Shown: in pieces, positions 43,620 to 56,600 of the stretch
Position numbering within the stretch: position 1 is the stretch's first letter
How the letters are laid out: every line of letters begins with the position of its first letter
Assembly (NCBI GenBank): GCA_027923505.1
Contig: BROI01000017.1
Span: 434,001 to 498,000, forward strand
DNA length: 64,000 nt
Reading direction: 5' to 3'
Origin: Mayamaea pseudoterrestris
Lineage: Eukaryota
Position numbers and translations under genes: made by a program
Notes under the pieces: generated by a model
Seen by the model: only the letters and a program-made list of their open reading frames with translations
What the model was told of the DNA's origin: nothing
Database searches by the model: none

Positions 43620-44105
43620 TTACCATCCATCATCAGCTTCCTCTGTCAGTCGCTTCTTGGCCTCCTCCGTCATTTCTAAATCTTCTCCCTTGGCACTCGC
43701 CGACTCCTTGAGCGCCTGTTCCAACTGACTCGTCAACGATCCCAAGTCATCCACCGACGATACTTCCATGTCTTCCAGCAAACCACCGGCAATGCTCGTC
43801 GCCATGCGATCCGATAGTCCGCCTCCGCGCTCCTTGGCGCGCTCGCCTTGGGCTTCGGTGAAGGCCACCAAGCCAATGCCAGCGACCAATCCGGCAACGG
43901 CGACTCCAGCTCCCAGCAAGATTTGGTCGTCAACCATGGATAGTGATGATCCTGTACTTGATTGTCGTTTACTTGTTGCTGTATGGTCTGGAAATCGGCT
44001 GGGCGATGACGAGGCGAGTTGTCGGTGATTCTTGTTGGCGACAAAGGCAAATCCAGAAGCTTGCTCCGCCAGCAAAAGTGAGCTTGTCAATAGAAGTAGC
44101 TTCAT
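43620..44105 (-). CDS. Plastid-targeted single-TM protein of unknown function
   Basis: Signal peptide ending ASG-FAF, a Ser-rich transit peptide and TM segment ILLGAGVAVAGLVAGIGLVAF. Confidence 0.72.
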   Translation of the reverse strand: MKLLLLTSSLLLAEQASGFAFVANKNHRQLASSSPSRFPDHTATSKRQSSTGSSLSMVDDQILLGAGVAVAGLVAGIGLVAFTEAQGERAKERGGGLSDRMATSIAGGLLEDMEVSSVDDLGSLTSQLEQALKESASAKGEDLEMTEEAKKRLTEEADDGW

Positions 44106-44428
44106 GGTATTGTCTGGGACTATAATATGGGTCTGTTAGTCTCTTATGCAAAGATAGAATGAGGTTGAAAGAGTTGCGTTGGTCGCGGATTGCAGCTTGC
44201 ATCAGTTGACGATGGAACGAGTCGTTCGAAGCAACGTCATCGTCGGAACGAGTCGGAGCGGCACCGGATCGGGCGCGCCGCGAGCGAGGCGAGCTCATCT
44301 TTTGCTGCTCGCCGCGTCGATTTAGATGATGGCCGTGGACCATCCGACCAATGTAAACGGGTGAAACGAAGAGGACCAGCAACTAATGCAGAGGCTCTAC
44401 AAGCATCCAAAAGACTCCTTATATCCAT

Positions 44429-46732
44429 ATGTCATCCAAGGATCAACCCGAAAGCAAGACAATGGAATCATCCAAGGAACAAAGCGGCTGCAGCCTCATG
44501 ATTCCTTCACACACCAGCAACGATGCGCTCCAAAGCATGCTCGACCGTTTGGCTGCTTCCAACCTTTCCAACTATGTTGAAATTCCAATGATTTGCGTGC
44601 TGGGTGGAACGAGCTCGGGCAAGAGCAGTCTTTTGTCGAGTCTTTCGGGTGTTGAACTTCCGAGCTCGCACACGCTGACAACACGATGCCCCGTTCTTTT
44701 GCAAACGACGCGAGGAGTCAAGCAACAAGCACGAATTCGGATTCAGTGGAAAAAGAGCTACAATGGCAATCATCAGCGACCAGAATATCCAGTCCGCGTC
44801 ATTGAAAAAGATGACTGGCACATGATTCCAACAATGTTGCTGGAAGCCCAAGACTTTATTCTTCAGCAGTATGTGCCAATGAAAAAGGAAATTGCGTCCG
44901 ACCTAATCACGCTTCACATTCAAGGTCCCGACTATGCTCGCTTGTCTTTACTGGACTTGCCTGGTTTAGTCTACACCAAGGCGGAACATGAAGACCGCCA
45001 CATGATTCGCGACATTCAATCGCTCCTGGACGAGTATTTGAACAGTCCACGCTGCATTCTATTAGCCGTTGTTCCAGCCAATGTTGACTTTCACAATTCC
45101 ACCGTCATGGCCGAAGCCTTGCTGCGCGACGCCAGGACGGAGCGGACCATTCCAGTCATTACCAAACCAGACTTGATCGATCCAGGCGCCGAAGGTCAAG
45201 TGGCCGACTTGCTGCTGGGAGAAAAAGTGACCTTTTCCTTGGGTTTTCACATGGTCAAGGGGCGAGGACAAGCGGCGCTGGATCGGCAAGATTCAATTGA
45301 TGATGGACTCGAAGATGAGGAGCGTTTCTTTGAGTCTGTGGAACCGTGGAGAAGCATTGTTGACCGGAGTTTGTTGGGAACAAGTAACTTGCGCGACAAG
45401 TTGGCCGCCTTGCAGATGAATCATACGCGACGACAAATTCCTGGCATTGTCAAGGAAATTCGCGACAAGCAGCGAGCTGCGTCGGAGACTCTCAAAGCCA
45501 TGGGTGTTCCTCTCACAAGTGCGTATGATCGCCGTCGATACTTTCAGGATGTTTGTCACGCAATTGTTTCACGATTAGAGGCCACTGTGAGCGGCAAGGG
45601 TCGGCTACCGGCGCACCAGCTTTCGGCAGCCGCCCAGCTCCATCAAGCGGCGAGTGATTTTGTGGAGCATATTCAACAAAGCTCGCTGGGCATGGTTGGG
45701 CAGGTGGCGGAAGGAGCGCCCGTCCTTGTCCTGCATCCACGAGGAATTGTCCGCGGCGAAGTTGTGCATTTGGAAAAAGACTTTGCATGCGTAGATCGTG
45801 TGGACGATGCGGATGCAGAATCTGATGTTTTGTTTGAGTCCATCGGCTTACAGCCGTCGGAAGAAATGGTAGAGGAAGATACGGTATGGTCGGACGGGTC
45901 CAAAATTTGCATCGCAAGGAAGGAGCACCAATATGACACACTCCGAAAAATTCCAATCCAACAAATCCAATCCGATTCTAGTTGGTTAACGAAGAAAATA
46001 CAAGAAAATAGAACTGAGGATTTGCCATGTTTTCTCAACGCTGATACCTTTAAATCCATTGTCGCTGACTTTATTGACGACGATTGGAAGCCGCACTGTT
46101 TAAATCTGCTCGAGAAAACACAACACATGTTGACTGAGGCCGTTCACGACGCAATTGGATACGCCTTTGCGAGCGAACGCTATCTGAACCTTCGCTTCTT
46201 GATCGAACATCAGTGCCGCCTTGCAGTCGACACTCTGGCAGAATCTGTTACGCAGCAACTCTTGTCACATTTAGATGCGGAGAAACATCCGTTCACATCG
46301 CAGGCGGATGACCTGTTCAAACACATTGCCGAAGGACGGCAGGCTCAAATAAAGCGAGATCTTGAAGCTGCATTGCGAGTCGACCAAGATGAAGTATTTG
46401 GCACGCAGGATATCAAAGTAATCATTGACAAGGTTTTCCAGCGCGGAATGCAGCGGTCAATGGATGAATACTTGGCAGAAGAGATGGAACTAATTTTGAA
46501 ATCTTACGGCAGCGTTGCAACCAAGCGAATCTTGGATCGTGTTCCAATGATTTGCTGGGAGTTTACCCGATCGCTTACAGCATCAGTCAGGGACTCATTG
46601 TGGTCGGTCAAAGACGAGGCACTCGAGGATTGCATGCAAGAAAGTCCTGGTTTCGCCTACAAGTATGCAAGAGCATCCGAGGAGCTGGAAGAGTTAAACA
46701 AGGCAATTGACATTTTGCAGTCGCTTATTTAG
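44429..46732 (+). CDS. Mx-like dynamin-family GTPase
   Basis: G1 [10 protein letters not shown]2 TRCP, G3 DLPG, G4 [15 protein letters not shown] is Mx-like; stalk motif [11 protein letters not shown]-like C-terminus. The start may instead be 44462. Confidence 0.88.
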   Translation: MSSKDQPESKTMESSKEQSGCSLMIPSHTSNDALQSMLDRLAASNLSNYVEIPMICVLGGTSSGKSSLLSSLSGVELPSSHTLTTRCPVLLQTTRGVKQQARIRIQWKKSYNGNHQRPEYPVRVIEKDDWHMIPTMLLEAQDFILQQYVPMKKEIASDLITLHIQGPDYARLSLLDLPGLVYTKAEHEDRHMIRDIQSLLDEYLNSPRCILLAVVPANVDFHNSTVMAEALLRDARTERTIPVITKPDLIDPGAEGQVADLLLGEKVTFSLGFHMVKGRGQAALDRQDSIDDGLEDEERFFESVEPWRSIVDRSLLGTSNLRDKLAALQMNHTRRQIPGIVKEIRDKQRAASETLKAMGVPLTSAYDRRRYFQDVCHAIVSRLEATVSGKGRLPAHQLSAAAQLHQAASDFVEHIQQSSLGMVGQVAEGAPVLVLHPRGIVRGEVVHLEKDFACVDRVDDADAESDVLFESIGLQPSEEMVEEDTVWSDGSKICIARKEHQYDTLRKIPIQQIQSDSSWLTKKIQENRTEDLPCFLNADTFKSIVADFIDDDWKPHCLNLLEKTQHMLTEAVHDAIGYAFASERYLNLRFLIEHQCRLAVDTLAESVTQQLLSHLDAEKHPFTSQADDLFKHIAEGRQAQIKRDLEAALRVDQDEVFGTQDIKVIIDKVFQRGMQRSMDEYLAEEMELILKSYGSVATKRILDRVPMICWEFTRSLTASVRDSLWSVKDEALEDCMQESPGFAYKYARASEELEELNKAIDILQSLI

Positions 46733-48829
46733 CATTGTCAACACTCCCATTGCCGTTGTCCTGCATTCGTAGCAATTCTGCGTAACGCCCACCTTTGCGC
46801 GCAAGCTCTTCATGTGTCCCTCGCTCCACCACCTTTCCTTCGTGCATGACAATGATCTCATCACAATCTTGAATAGTACTAAGCCGATGAGCAATTATAA
46901 TCGTAGTTCTGTCTTTGCCCACAGACTTTAAATTCGCCATTATATCCGTTTCTGTCTGACTATCCAACGACGACGTCGGTTCATCAGCCAATAGTATGGG
47001 CGAATCTTTTAAAATGGCTCGGGCGATTGCCACACGCTGTTTCTCGCCGCCAGATAGCTTAAGTCCGCGCTCGCCGACAATAGTATCGTAGCCTAACGGA
47101 AAGGACATGATTGTATCATGTATTCTCGCCTTTCGCGCTGCCTCTTGAATATCCTCAAACGACGCATCAAAGTCGCCGTACTGAATATTCGCCGCAATCG
47201 TGTCATGGAACAAAACTATATCCTGCGGTACAACCGCAATTGCCTTTTGGATTGACTCCTTGGTCAAATCTCGAACGTCATGTCCGCCTAGACGGACGCT
47301 CCCCTTGTCAACATCATAGAAACGATACAGTAGACGGAGAATGGTTGACTTTCCGCAACCGGATGATCCGCAAAAGGCAACCGTCTTTCCAGGTTCAATT
47401 GAAATGGTTGTTCCATTTAAGATAGGACGTGCATTGGCGGCGGTTGGGTATGCAAAGTGAACGTTGTCGAGTTCGATGGACGTGCTCATGACTGCCGGAT
47501 CATACGCAATGGCATCTTTCCGATCAACAATCATCGGCTTGGTATCCTTAAGCTGAAACATGTTTTCCATGTCAATCAAGCTCTGCTTGACTTGATTGTA
47601 GACGGAACCAATGAAGAACAAAGGTACACTCAGTTGAAACAACAACCCATTCACCAACACCAAGTCACCAACCGTGGCCGTTCCCTCGACTATTTGCTGC
47701 GCCGATAGCCACATGACACTCGTCAAACCTGCCGAAAAAATGACCGATTGCCCAAAGTTCAAAAAACTGAGCGAGTTTTGCACCTTGAGTGCTTCCGCCT
47801 GCAGCCCCTGCAGACTGGCTTCGTATCGCGCCACTTCATGTTGTCGCGCGTTAAAGTATTGCACCGTTTCGTAGTTGATGAGCGAGTCCACGACGCGGGA
47901 AGTGGCTTGGTTTTCGAGTCGATTCATCTCCCGACGAAACTTGGTCCGCCATGATGTGACTGCGACAGTGAATCCAACGTAGGAGGTGATTGTTCCTAAC
48001 ACAACGACGCTGTGCGTGGTCCCAAAGTTGTACGCCATGAGGCCAGAAACGAGGCTGACTTCAAGTACAGTCGGAACGACTGGGGATATAGGGAAGGAAA
48101 TTGTTGAAGGATTGTGTTGAGTATCAGCAATGAATCAGTCATCACTGCATACTTATTCTGTGACATACCATTGAACACTAGCGCATTCAGTACGAACGAA
48201 ATACTCCGCTGCCCCCGATCTAGTACTCGCGAGACTTGTCCTGTACTTCTTGATACATGATACTGCATATCTAATCGCAGTACATGGTCAAACACACTTC
48301 GACCAACATTCTTTATGGTTTCCTGCGCCACGTGCGCAAAGAGGGCGTTGCGCCACTCCTGGAGGCCACTGGCGGCGGCGCGTGAAACGCCGTAGCCCAG
48401 CAGTAGAGCGACTGGCATGCCAGCCATGGCAATGTTTGTATCCATGGTTGCTGCATTACTCGCCGCCATATTTATACTCTCCGGCGACAATGCATCCACC
48501 AAGTATTTCAGCAGAAACGGCACTTGAATCGTCACGGCCTTGCCTCCCACCATTAATCCAATGCTCCAAAGGACGCGTCGCTTGTGCAGCTTGATCCGTT
48601 GCTGCTCCGTTTCATTGTTTTCTGCTTCCTTGACCGACGGCCACACATGCTGGAGCAGCGTTCGAAAGATGCGAAGATTGGTTTCGCGTTCGCTGGCGAG
48701 CGGCGTCTCAACGAAAGCGTTTGGGCCGTGAGTGTGACTAGTGCTGAGCCAGCGGGAATTGAGTCCTTTGATAAATTGTGCTCGATAAAGAAGTCGAGGA
48801 TGTTGCCGTAACAGTATTTGGTAATGCAT
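46725..48829 (-). CDS. ATM1: Mitochondrial ABC half-transporter ATM1/ABCB7, 2 exons (48829-48169, 48079-46725)
   Basis: Motifs [31 protein letters not shown] (joined across an 89-bp intron), [38 protein letters not shown] and IAHRLSTI. Confidence 0.95.
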
Positions 48830-49093
48830 ATTCCAAGGTAGTTTAGAAGCTTGAGCGACGAAGGTGCAGGCGATTTTGAATTCCTTGGAACGAGCGATGG
48901 TCGCGACGATCCGCAGCCAGAAACGATGCGACAGTAAAAAGAGTACCGGTGAGAAACTTGGAGATAACCGGTGCGATATTCTAGCCGGCCTCTCGCCCAT
49001 TCTCCGTTCAACAAAACGTAATGCAAGAGCCTCTCCACTCGCCATTCATAGCTAATGTACCATAGTAGGCTCGTGCAGTAACACTTTTGCAAG

Positions 49094-49799
49094 ATGGAGA
49101 ACAAAAAGAGAGCCCGCGAAGCTGAACCAATTGTCGCAGTCGTTGAGAAACGAACGCGATCAGCCTTGGCAGCGGCGCAGCCGGAGGAACGTAACGACGC
49201 GCTGCAGCAGCAGCGGCAAATGGAACAGGAGCAAGGAAAGCGTGAGTAGTGTATAGCGATGGAAAATCGATTCATGTCGTCTCTTGCGCAAACATGTTTC
49301 ATGTGCTCATTCCATTTCTTTCGTCGCCCATTCTGCAGTCCACGGACTCTCCGACACGTACGTGGAACTCGCCAGCAACATTGTCTTGTATGAGCAAGAC
49401 CAGCTTGGCCCCTATGGCTACAACGCGGCGGAAAACTCGTGGCCCCTGCAGTGCGTTTCAACCCTGGAATACATTAAATCCAAGCTACGGCGAGGCAGCG
49501 TTATGGAACGCTGGTCGCCGCTGGAGATTGCCACCTTTGAGGCATCCATGGCTGTATACGGAAAGGTCTTTGATAAGATCCAAAAGGAAGTCAAGACGAA
49601 ATCGTGCAAGGAAATTGTAGACTTTTACTATGTTTGGAAAAAGACGAAACACTATGAGCGATGGAAATTGGAGTATGTTCCGCCGTATTTGGACGTTTCG
49701 GATAACGAAGAGGAGGTTGCGACTGAAGGAGACGGTCCAGACAAGGAGGATGGTAACGGCAAGACCAATGCCAGGCGTGGTGGAAAGGTGAACAAGTAA
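49094..49799 (+). CDS. SANT-domain (MIER/ELM2-SANT-like) nuclear protein, 2 exons (49094-49241, 49339-49799)
   Basis: WSPLEIATFEASMAVYGKVFDKIQKEVKTKSCKEIVDFYYVWKK; in-frame 97-bp GTGAGT..CAG intron. Confidence 0.85.
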
Positions 49800-50159
49800 G
49801 GCTTGCGATGTGAGATGGTGCGACGAGTGGTATGGGGATTTGCACTTTGCACGTCGAAGGGAGCGTATGTAACGATTCTCTCGAGTTTATTCGACGTGCT
49901 TTTAAAGGTGCATAGCAAATTGTAAATCTATATGGATTATTAGTCTTGTATTGCCTATGCAGAGTGAGTTGCTCTTGGCAACGTGCACAATTAGATTGTG
50001 CCACTTGTAATACCCCCAGCCTCGAAGAGGTCCCAATTAATGCTTCCTGGCTCCGTCGAGATCAATTACAGGATGACAGAAGGACTCATTGAAAAGACTT
50101 CGTCGCAATTCGAGTAGAATCAGTAATGTTGCGCGCATTCTTCATTCGTCATGCGAGGA

Positions 50160-50411
50160 CTACCGTTGATCAACATTATTTGCAGTTGTCGTCGGCACTC
50201 GACCTAGTTCGCTTTCTTCCTCCTCCTTCATTTTCCGTCGCATTATTCGTAACCGCTCCTTGTCTCGCTCCACGCCAGCCCGCATGACTGCCTTGTCTCG
50301 AACCTGCGCATAATTATTGTAGGCAACGCTTCCAACGAAGAGTGTGGACGTGACAATGAGCGTCAAGGCAGCGCCTCCTCGCGGCAAGATTGATATTGGT
50401 TTTCGTGACAT
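50160..50411 (-). CDS. PET117: Cytochrome c oxidase assembly factor PET117-like
   Basis: Short protein with a hydrophobic helix followed by YAQVRDKAVMRAGVERDKERL, the PET117 pattern. Confidence 0.72.
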   Translation of the reverse strand: MSRKPISILPRGGAALTLIVTSTLFVGSVAYNNYAQVRDKAVMRAGVERDKERLRIMRRKMKEEEESELGRVPTTTANNVDQR

Positions 50412-50624
50412 TGTAATTGTAGATATAAGCGTGTTAGTTTAATGAATCTCTAGATATCTTCTACATATATAAATTTGTGGGAGTCAATGCAAAGAAATCG
50501 CCATCGTGCTGCGGTGGTGTGTGGCACAAATAAATAAAAATCCGTCCTGCGACGCAATGCGGCGAGACTGTCGCACCGGTGTTTACGTGCATTAAGAAAC
50601 TACCGGTACGACGTAGGTAAATCT

Positions 50625-53600
50625 GCACATTCAACAAGTTGTTGAATGTGCTAGCAGTGCACCATGCTTTGGCTACAGGATCATCAGCCTTGCCTGCTAA
50701 GCCATCCAACCTGTTTCCTATGATGTTGGATGACATTTTGGTCCAATGCTGGGGTGACTATCACCCCAATATCCACCAGCCTGGCTGCCATGGTGAGACT
50801 CGGCAGATCCAATAACTTGTAGGATCTGCCAGTGGTGCACCTCAACTGGTACACAGACCACCAGAATGCCTGCAGACCCAAGAATATCAAAACCCAAATG
50901 CATATGATACAATTGGACCAATAGTTATGTCAATTGTGGTGTGGAACGCAGCATGGTGCCATTAAATTCCGCACTTCAACAAGTTGTTGAATGTGCTAGC
51001 AGTACATCATGCTTTGGCTACAGGATCATCAGCCTTGCCTGCTAAGCCATCCAACCTGTTTTTATGATGTTGGATGACATTTTGATCAAATGCTGGGGTG
51101 ACTATCACCCCAATATCCACCAGCCTGGCTGCCATGGTGAGACTCGGCAGATCCAATAACTTGTTGGATCTGCCAGTGGTGCACCTCAACTGGTACACAG
51201 ACCACCAGAATGGTCTGCAGACCCAAGGATATAAAAACCAAAATGCATATGATACAATTGGACCAATAGTCTTGCCAATTGTGGTGTGGAACGCAGCATG
51301 GTGCCACGAAACTCCGCACATTCAACAAGTTGTTGAATGTGCTAGCAGTGCACCATGCTTTGGCTACAGGATCATCAGCCTTGCCTGCTAAGCCATCCAA
51401 CCTGTTTCCTATGATGTTGGATGACTTTTTATCCAAGGCTGAGTGACTATCACCCCAATATCCACCAGCCTGGCTGCCATGGTGAGACTCGGCAGATCCA
51501 ATAACTTGTTGGATCTGCCAGTGGTGCACCTCAACTGGTACACAGACCTCCAGAATGGCCTGCAGACCCAAGAATATTAAAACCCAAATACATATGATAC
51601 AATTGGACCAATAGTCATGTCAATTGTGGTGTGGAACGCAGCATGGTGCCACGAAACTCCGCACATTCAACAAGTTGTTGAATGTGCTAGCAGTGCACCA
51701 TGCTTTGGCTACAGGATCATCAGCCTTGCCTGCTAAGCCATCCAACCTGTTTCCTATGATGTTGGATAACATTTTTATCCACTGCTGGGGTGACTATCAC
51801 CCCAATATCCACCAGCCTGGCTGCCATGGTGAGACTCGGCAGATCCAATAACTTGTTGGATCTGCCAGTGGTGCACCTCAACTGGTACACAGACCACCAG
51901 AATGGTCTGCAGACCCAAGGATATAAAAACCAAAATGCATATGATAAAATTGGACCAAAAGTCATGCCAATTGTGGTGTGGAACGCGGCATGGTGCCACA
52001 AAACTCGGCACATTCAACAAGTTGTTGAATGTGCTAGCAGTGCACCATGCTTCGGCTACAGGATCATCAGCCTTGCCTGCTAGGCCATCCAACCTGTTTC
52101 CTATGATGTTGGATGACTTTTTATCCAAGGCTGAGTGACTATCACCCCAATATCCACCAGCCTGGCTGCCATGGTGAGACTCGGCAGATCCAATAACTTG
52201 TTGGATCTGCCAGTGGTGCACCTCAACTGGTACACAGACCACCAGAATGGCCTGCAGACCCAAGAATATCAAAACCAAAATACATATGATACAATTGGAC
52301 CAATAATCATGTCAATTGTGGTGTGGAACGCAGCATTGTGCCACAAAACTCCGCACATTCAACAAGTTGTTGAATGTGCTAGCAGTGCACCATGCTTTGG
52401 CTACAGGATCATCAGCCTTGCCTGCTAAGCCATCCAACCTGTTTCCTATGATGTTGGATGACATTTTGATCCAAGGCTGGGGTGACTATCACCCCAATAT
52501 CCACCAGCCTGGCTGCCATGGTGAGACTCGGCAGATCCAATAACTTGTTGGATCTGCCAGTGGTGCACCTCAACTGGTACACAGACCACCAGAATGGCCT
52601 GCAGACCCAAGAATATCAAAACCAAAATACATATGATACAATTGGACCAATAGTCATGCCAATTGTGGTGTGGAACGCAGCATTGTGCCACCACACTCCG
52701 CACATTCAACAAGTTGTTGAATGTGCTAGCAGTGCACCATGCTTTGGCTACAGGATCATCAGCCTTGCCTGCTAAGCCATCCAACCTGTTTCCTATGATG
52801 TTAGATGACATTTTTATCCAAGGCTGGGTTGATTATCACCCCAATATCCACCAGCCTGGCTGCCATGGTGAGACTCGGCAGATCCAATAACTTGTTGGAT
52901 CTGCCAGTGGTGCACCTCAGCTGGTACACAGACCACCAGAATGGCCTGCAGACCCAAGAATATAAAACCCCAAATGCATATGATACAATTGGACCAATAG
53001 TCACGTCAATTGTGGTGTGGAACGCAGCATTGTGCTGCGAAACTCCGCACATTCAACAAGTTGTTGAATGTGCTAGCAGTGCACCATGCTTTGGCTACAG
53101 GATCATCAGCCTTGCCTGCTAAGCCATCCAACCTGTTTCCTATGATGTTGGATGACATTTTGATCCAATGCTGGGGTGACTATCACCCCAATATCCACCA
53201 GCCTGGCTGCCATGGTGAGACTTGGCAGATCCAATAACTTGTTGGATCTGCCAGTGGTGCACCTCAGCTGGTACACAGACCTCCAGAATGGCCTGCAGAC
53301 CCAAGAATATCAAAACCAAAATACATATGATACAATTGGACCAATAGTCATGCCAATTGTGGTGTGGAACGCAGCATTGTGCCACGAAACTCCGCACATT
53401 CAACAAGTTGTTGAATGTGCTAGCAGTGCACCATGCTTTGGCTACAGGATCATCAGCCTTGCCTGCTAAGCCATCCAACCTGTTTCCTATGATGTTGGAT
53501 GACATTTTTATCCAAGGCTGGGTGACTATCACCCCAATATCCACCAGCCTGGCTGCCATGGTGAGACTCGGCAGATCCAATAACTTGTTGGATCTGCCAG

Positions 53601-56600
53601 TGGTGCACCTCAGCTGGTACACAGACCTCCAGAATGGCCTGCAGACCCAAGAATATTAAAACCAAAATACATATGATACAATTGGACCAATAGTCATGTC
53701 AATTGTGGTGTGGAACGCAGCATTGTGCCACGAAACTCCGCACATTCAACAAGTTGTTGAATGTGCTAGCAGTGCACCATGCTTTGGCTACAGGATCATC
53801 AGCCTTGCCTGCTAAGCCATCCAACCTGTTTCCTATGATGTTGGATGACATTTTGATCAAATGCTGGGGTGACTATCACCCCAATATCCACCAGCCTGGC
53901 TGCCATGGTGAGACTCGGCAGATCCAATAACTTGTTGGATCTGCCAGTGGTGCCCCTCAACTGGTACACAGACCACCAGAATGGCCTGCAGACCCAAGGA
54001 TATGAAAACCAAAATGTATATGATACAATTGGACCAATAGTCATGTCAATTGTGGTGTGGAACGCAGCATGGTGCTGCGAAACTCTGCACATTCAACAAG
54101 TTGTTGAATGTGCTAGCAGTGCACCATGCTTTGGCTACAGGATCATCAGCCTTGCCTGCTAAGCCATCCAACCTGTTTCCTATGATGTTGGATGACATTT
54201 TGATCCAAGGCTGGGGTGACTATCACCCCAATATCCACCAGCCTGGCTGCCATGGTGAGACTCGGCAGATCCAATAACTTGTTGGATCTGCCAGTGGTGC
54301 ACCTCAACTGGTACACAGACCTCCAGAATGGCCTGCAGACCCAAGAATATCAAAACCAAAATACATATGATACAATTGGACCAATAGTCATGTCAATTGT
54401 GGTGTGGAACGCAGCATTGTGCCACGAAACTCCGCACATTCAACAAGTTGTTGAATGTGCTAGCAGTGCACCATGCTTTGGCTACAGGATCATCAGCCTT
54501 GCCTGCTAAGCCATCCAACCTGTTTCCTATGATGTTGGATGACATTTTTATCCAAGGCTGGGTTGATTATCACCCCAATATCCACCAGCCTGGCTGCCAT
54601 GGTGAGACTCGGCAGATCCAATAACTTGTTGGATCTGCCAGTGGTGCACCTCACGGGCGACGCCAGTGTGCAGACCAAGAATATTGCACATCCATCCAAT
54701 GACTGGGCTGGTGCAGAATGGCCTGCAGCCCAAGAATATACCACATATGATACAATTGGACCAATAGTCATTCAATTGTGTGTTGAATGTGCCAGCACTC
54801 AAGTTATGCAGTGCACCATGCTTTGGCTACAGGATCATCAGCCTTGCCTGCTAGGCCATCCATCCTGTTTCCTCTGATGTTGGATGACATTTTTTCCAAG
54901 GCTGGGTGACTATCACCCCAATATCCACCAGCCTGGCTGCCATGGTGAGACTCGGCAGATCCAATAACTTGTTGGATCTGCCAGTGGTGCACCTCAACTG
55001 GTACACAGACCTCCAGAATGGCCTACAGACCCAGGAAATCAAAACCCAAATGCATATGATACAATTGGACCAATAGTCATGCCAATTGTGGTGTGGAACG
55101 CAGCATTGTGCCGCGAAACTCCGCACATTCAACAAGTTGTTGAATGTGCTAGCAGTGCACCATGTTTTGGCTACAGGATCATCAGCCTTGCCTGCTAAGC
55201 CATCCAACCTGTTTCCTATGATGTTGGATGACTTTTTTCCAAGGCTGGGTGACTATCACCCCAATATCCACCAGCCTGGCTGCCATGGTGAGACTCGGCA
55301 GATCCAATAACTTGTTGGATCTGCCAGTGGTGCACCTCAACTGGTACACAGACCACCAGAATGGCCTGCAGACCCAAGAATATAAAAACCAAAATGCATA
55401 TGATACAATTGGACCAATAGTCATGTCAATTGTGGTGTGGAACGCAGCATGGTGCCATGAAACTCCGCACATTCAACAAGTTGTTGAATGTGCTAGCAGT
55501 GCACCATGCTTTGGCTACAGGATCATCAGCCTTGCCTGCTAAGCCATCCAACCTGTTTCCTATGATGTTGGATGACATTTTGATCAAATGCTGGGGTGAC
55601 TATCACCCCAATATCCACCAGCCTGGCTGCCATGGTGAGACTCGGCAGATCCAATAACTTGTTGGATCTGCCAGTGGTGCACCTCAACTGGTACACAGAC
55701 CACCAGAATGGCCTGCAGACCCAAGAATATCAAAACCAAAATACATATGATACAATTGGACCAATAGTCATGTCAATTGTGGTGTGGAACGCAGCATTGT
55801 GCCACGAAACTCCGCACATTCAACAAGTTGTTGAATGTGCTAGCAGTGCACCATGCTTTGGCTACAGGATCATCAGCCTTGCCTGCTAAGCCATCCAACC
55901 TGTTTCCTATGATGTTGGATGACATTTTGATCCAAGGCTGGGGTGACTATCACCCCAATATCCACCAGCCTGGCTGCCATGGTGAGACTCGGCAGATCCA
56001 ATAACTTGTTGGATCTGCCAGTGGTGCACCTCAACTGGTACACAGACCTCCAGAATGGCCTGCAGACCCAAGAATATCAAAACCAAAATACATATGATAC
56101 AATTGGACCAATAGTCATGTCAATTGTGGTGTGGAACGCAGCATGGTGCCACGAAACTCCGCACATTCAACAAGTTGTTGAATGTGCTAGCAGTGCACCA
56201 TGCTTTGGCTACAGGATCATCAGCCTTGCCTGCTAAGCCATCCAACCTGTTTCCTATGATGTTCAATGACATTTAGATCCAAGGCTGGGGTGACTATCAC
56301 CCCAATATCCACCAGCCTGGCTGCCATGGTGAGACTCGGCAGATCCAATAACTTGTTGGATCTGCCAGTGGTGCACCTCAACTGGTACACAGACCACCAG
56401 AATGGCCTGCAGACCCAAGAATATCAAAACCAAAATACATATGATACAATTGGACCAATAGTCATGTCAATTGTGGTGTGGAACGCAGCATTGTGCCACG
56501 AAACTCCGCACATTCAACAAGTTGTTGAATGTGCTAGCAGTGCACCATGCTTTGGCTACAGGATCATCAGCCTTGCCTGCTAAGCCATCCAACCTGTTTC

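Noticed and set aside
52400..52450. CTGATGA on the minus strand of the 347-bp unit (hammerhead or C-box)
   Set aside because: No correctly placed GAAA with a pairing stem II, and no matching D-box or terminal stem.
54650..54810. Apparent unique insert within array B
   Set aside because: It consists largely of scrambled fragments of the unit; more likely consensus error or local rearrangement than an acquired spacer. Raw reads are needed to decide.
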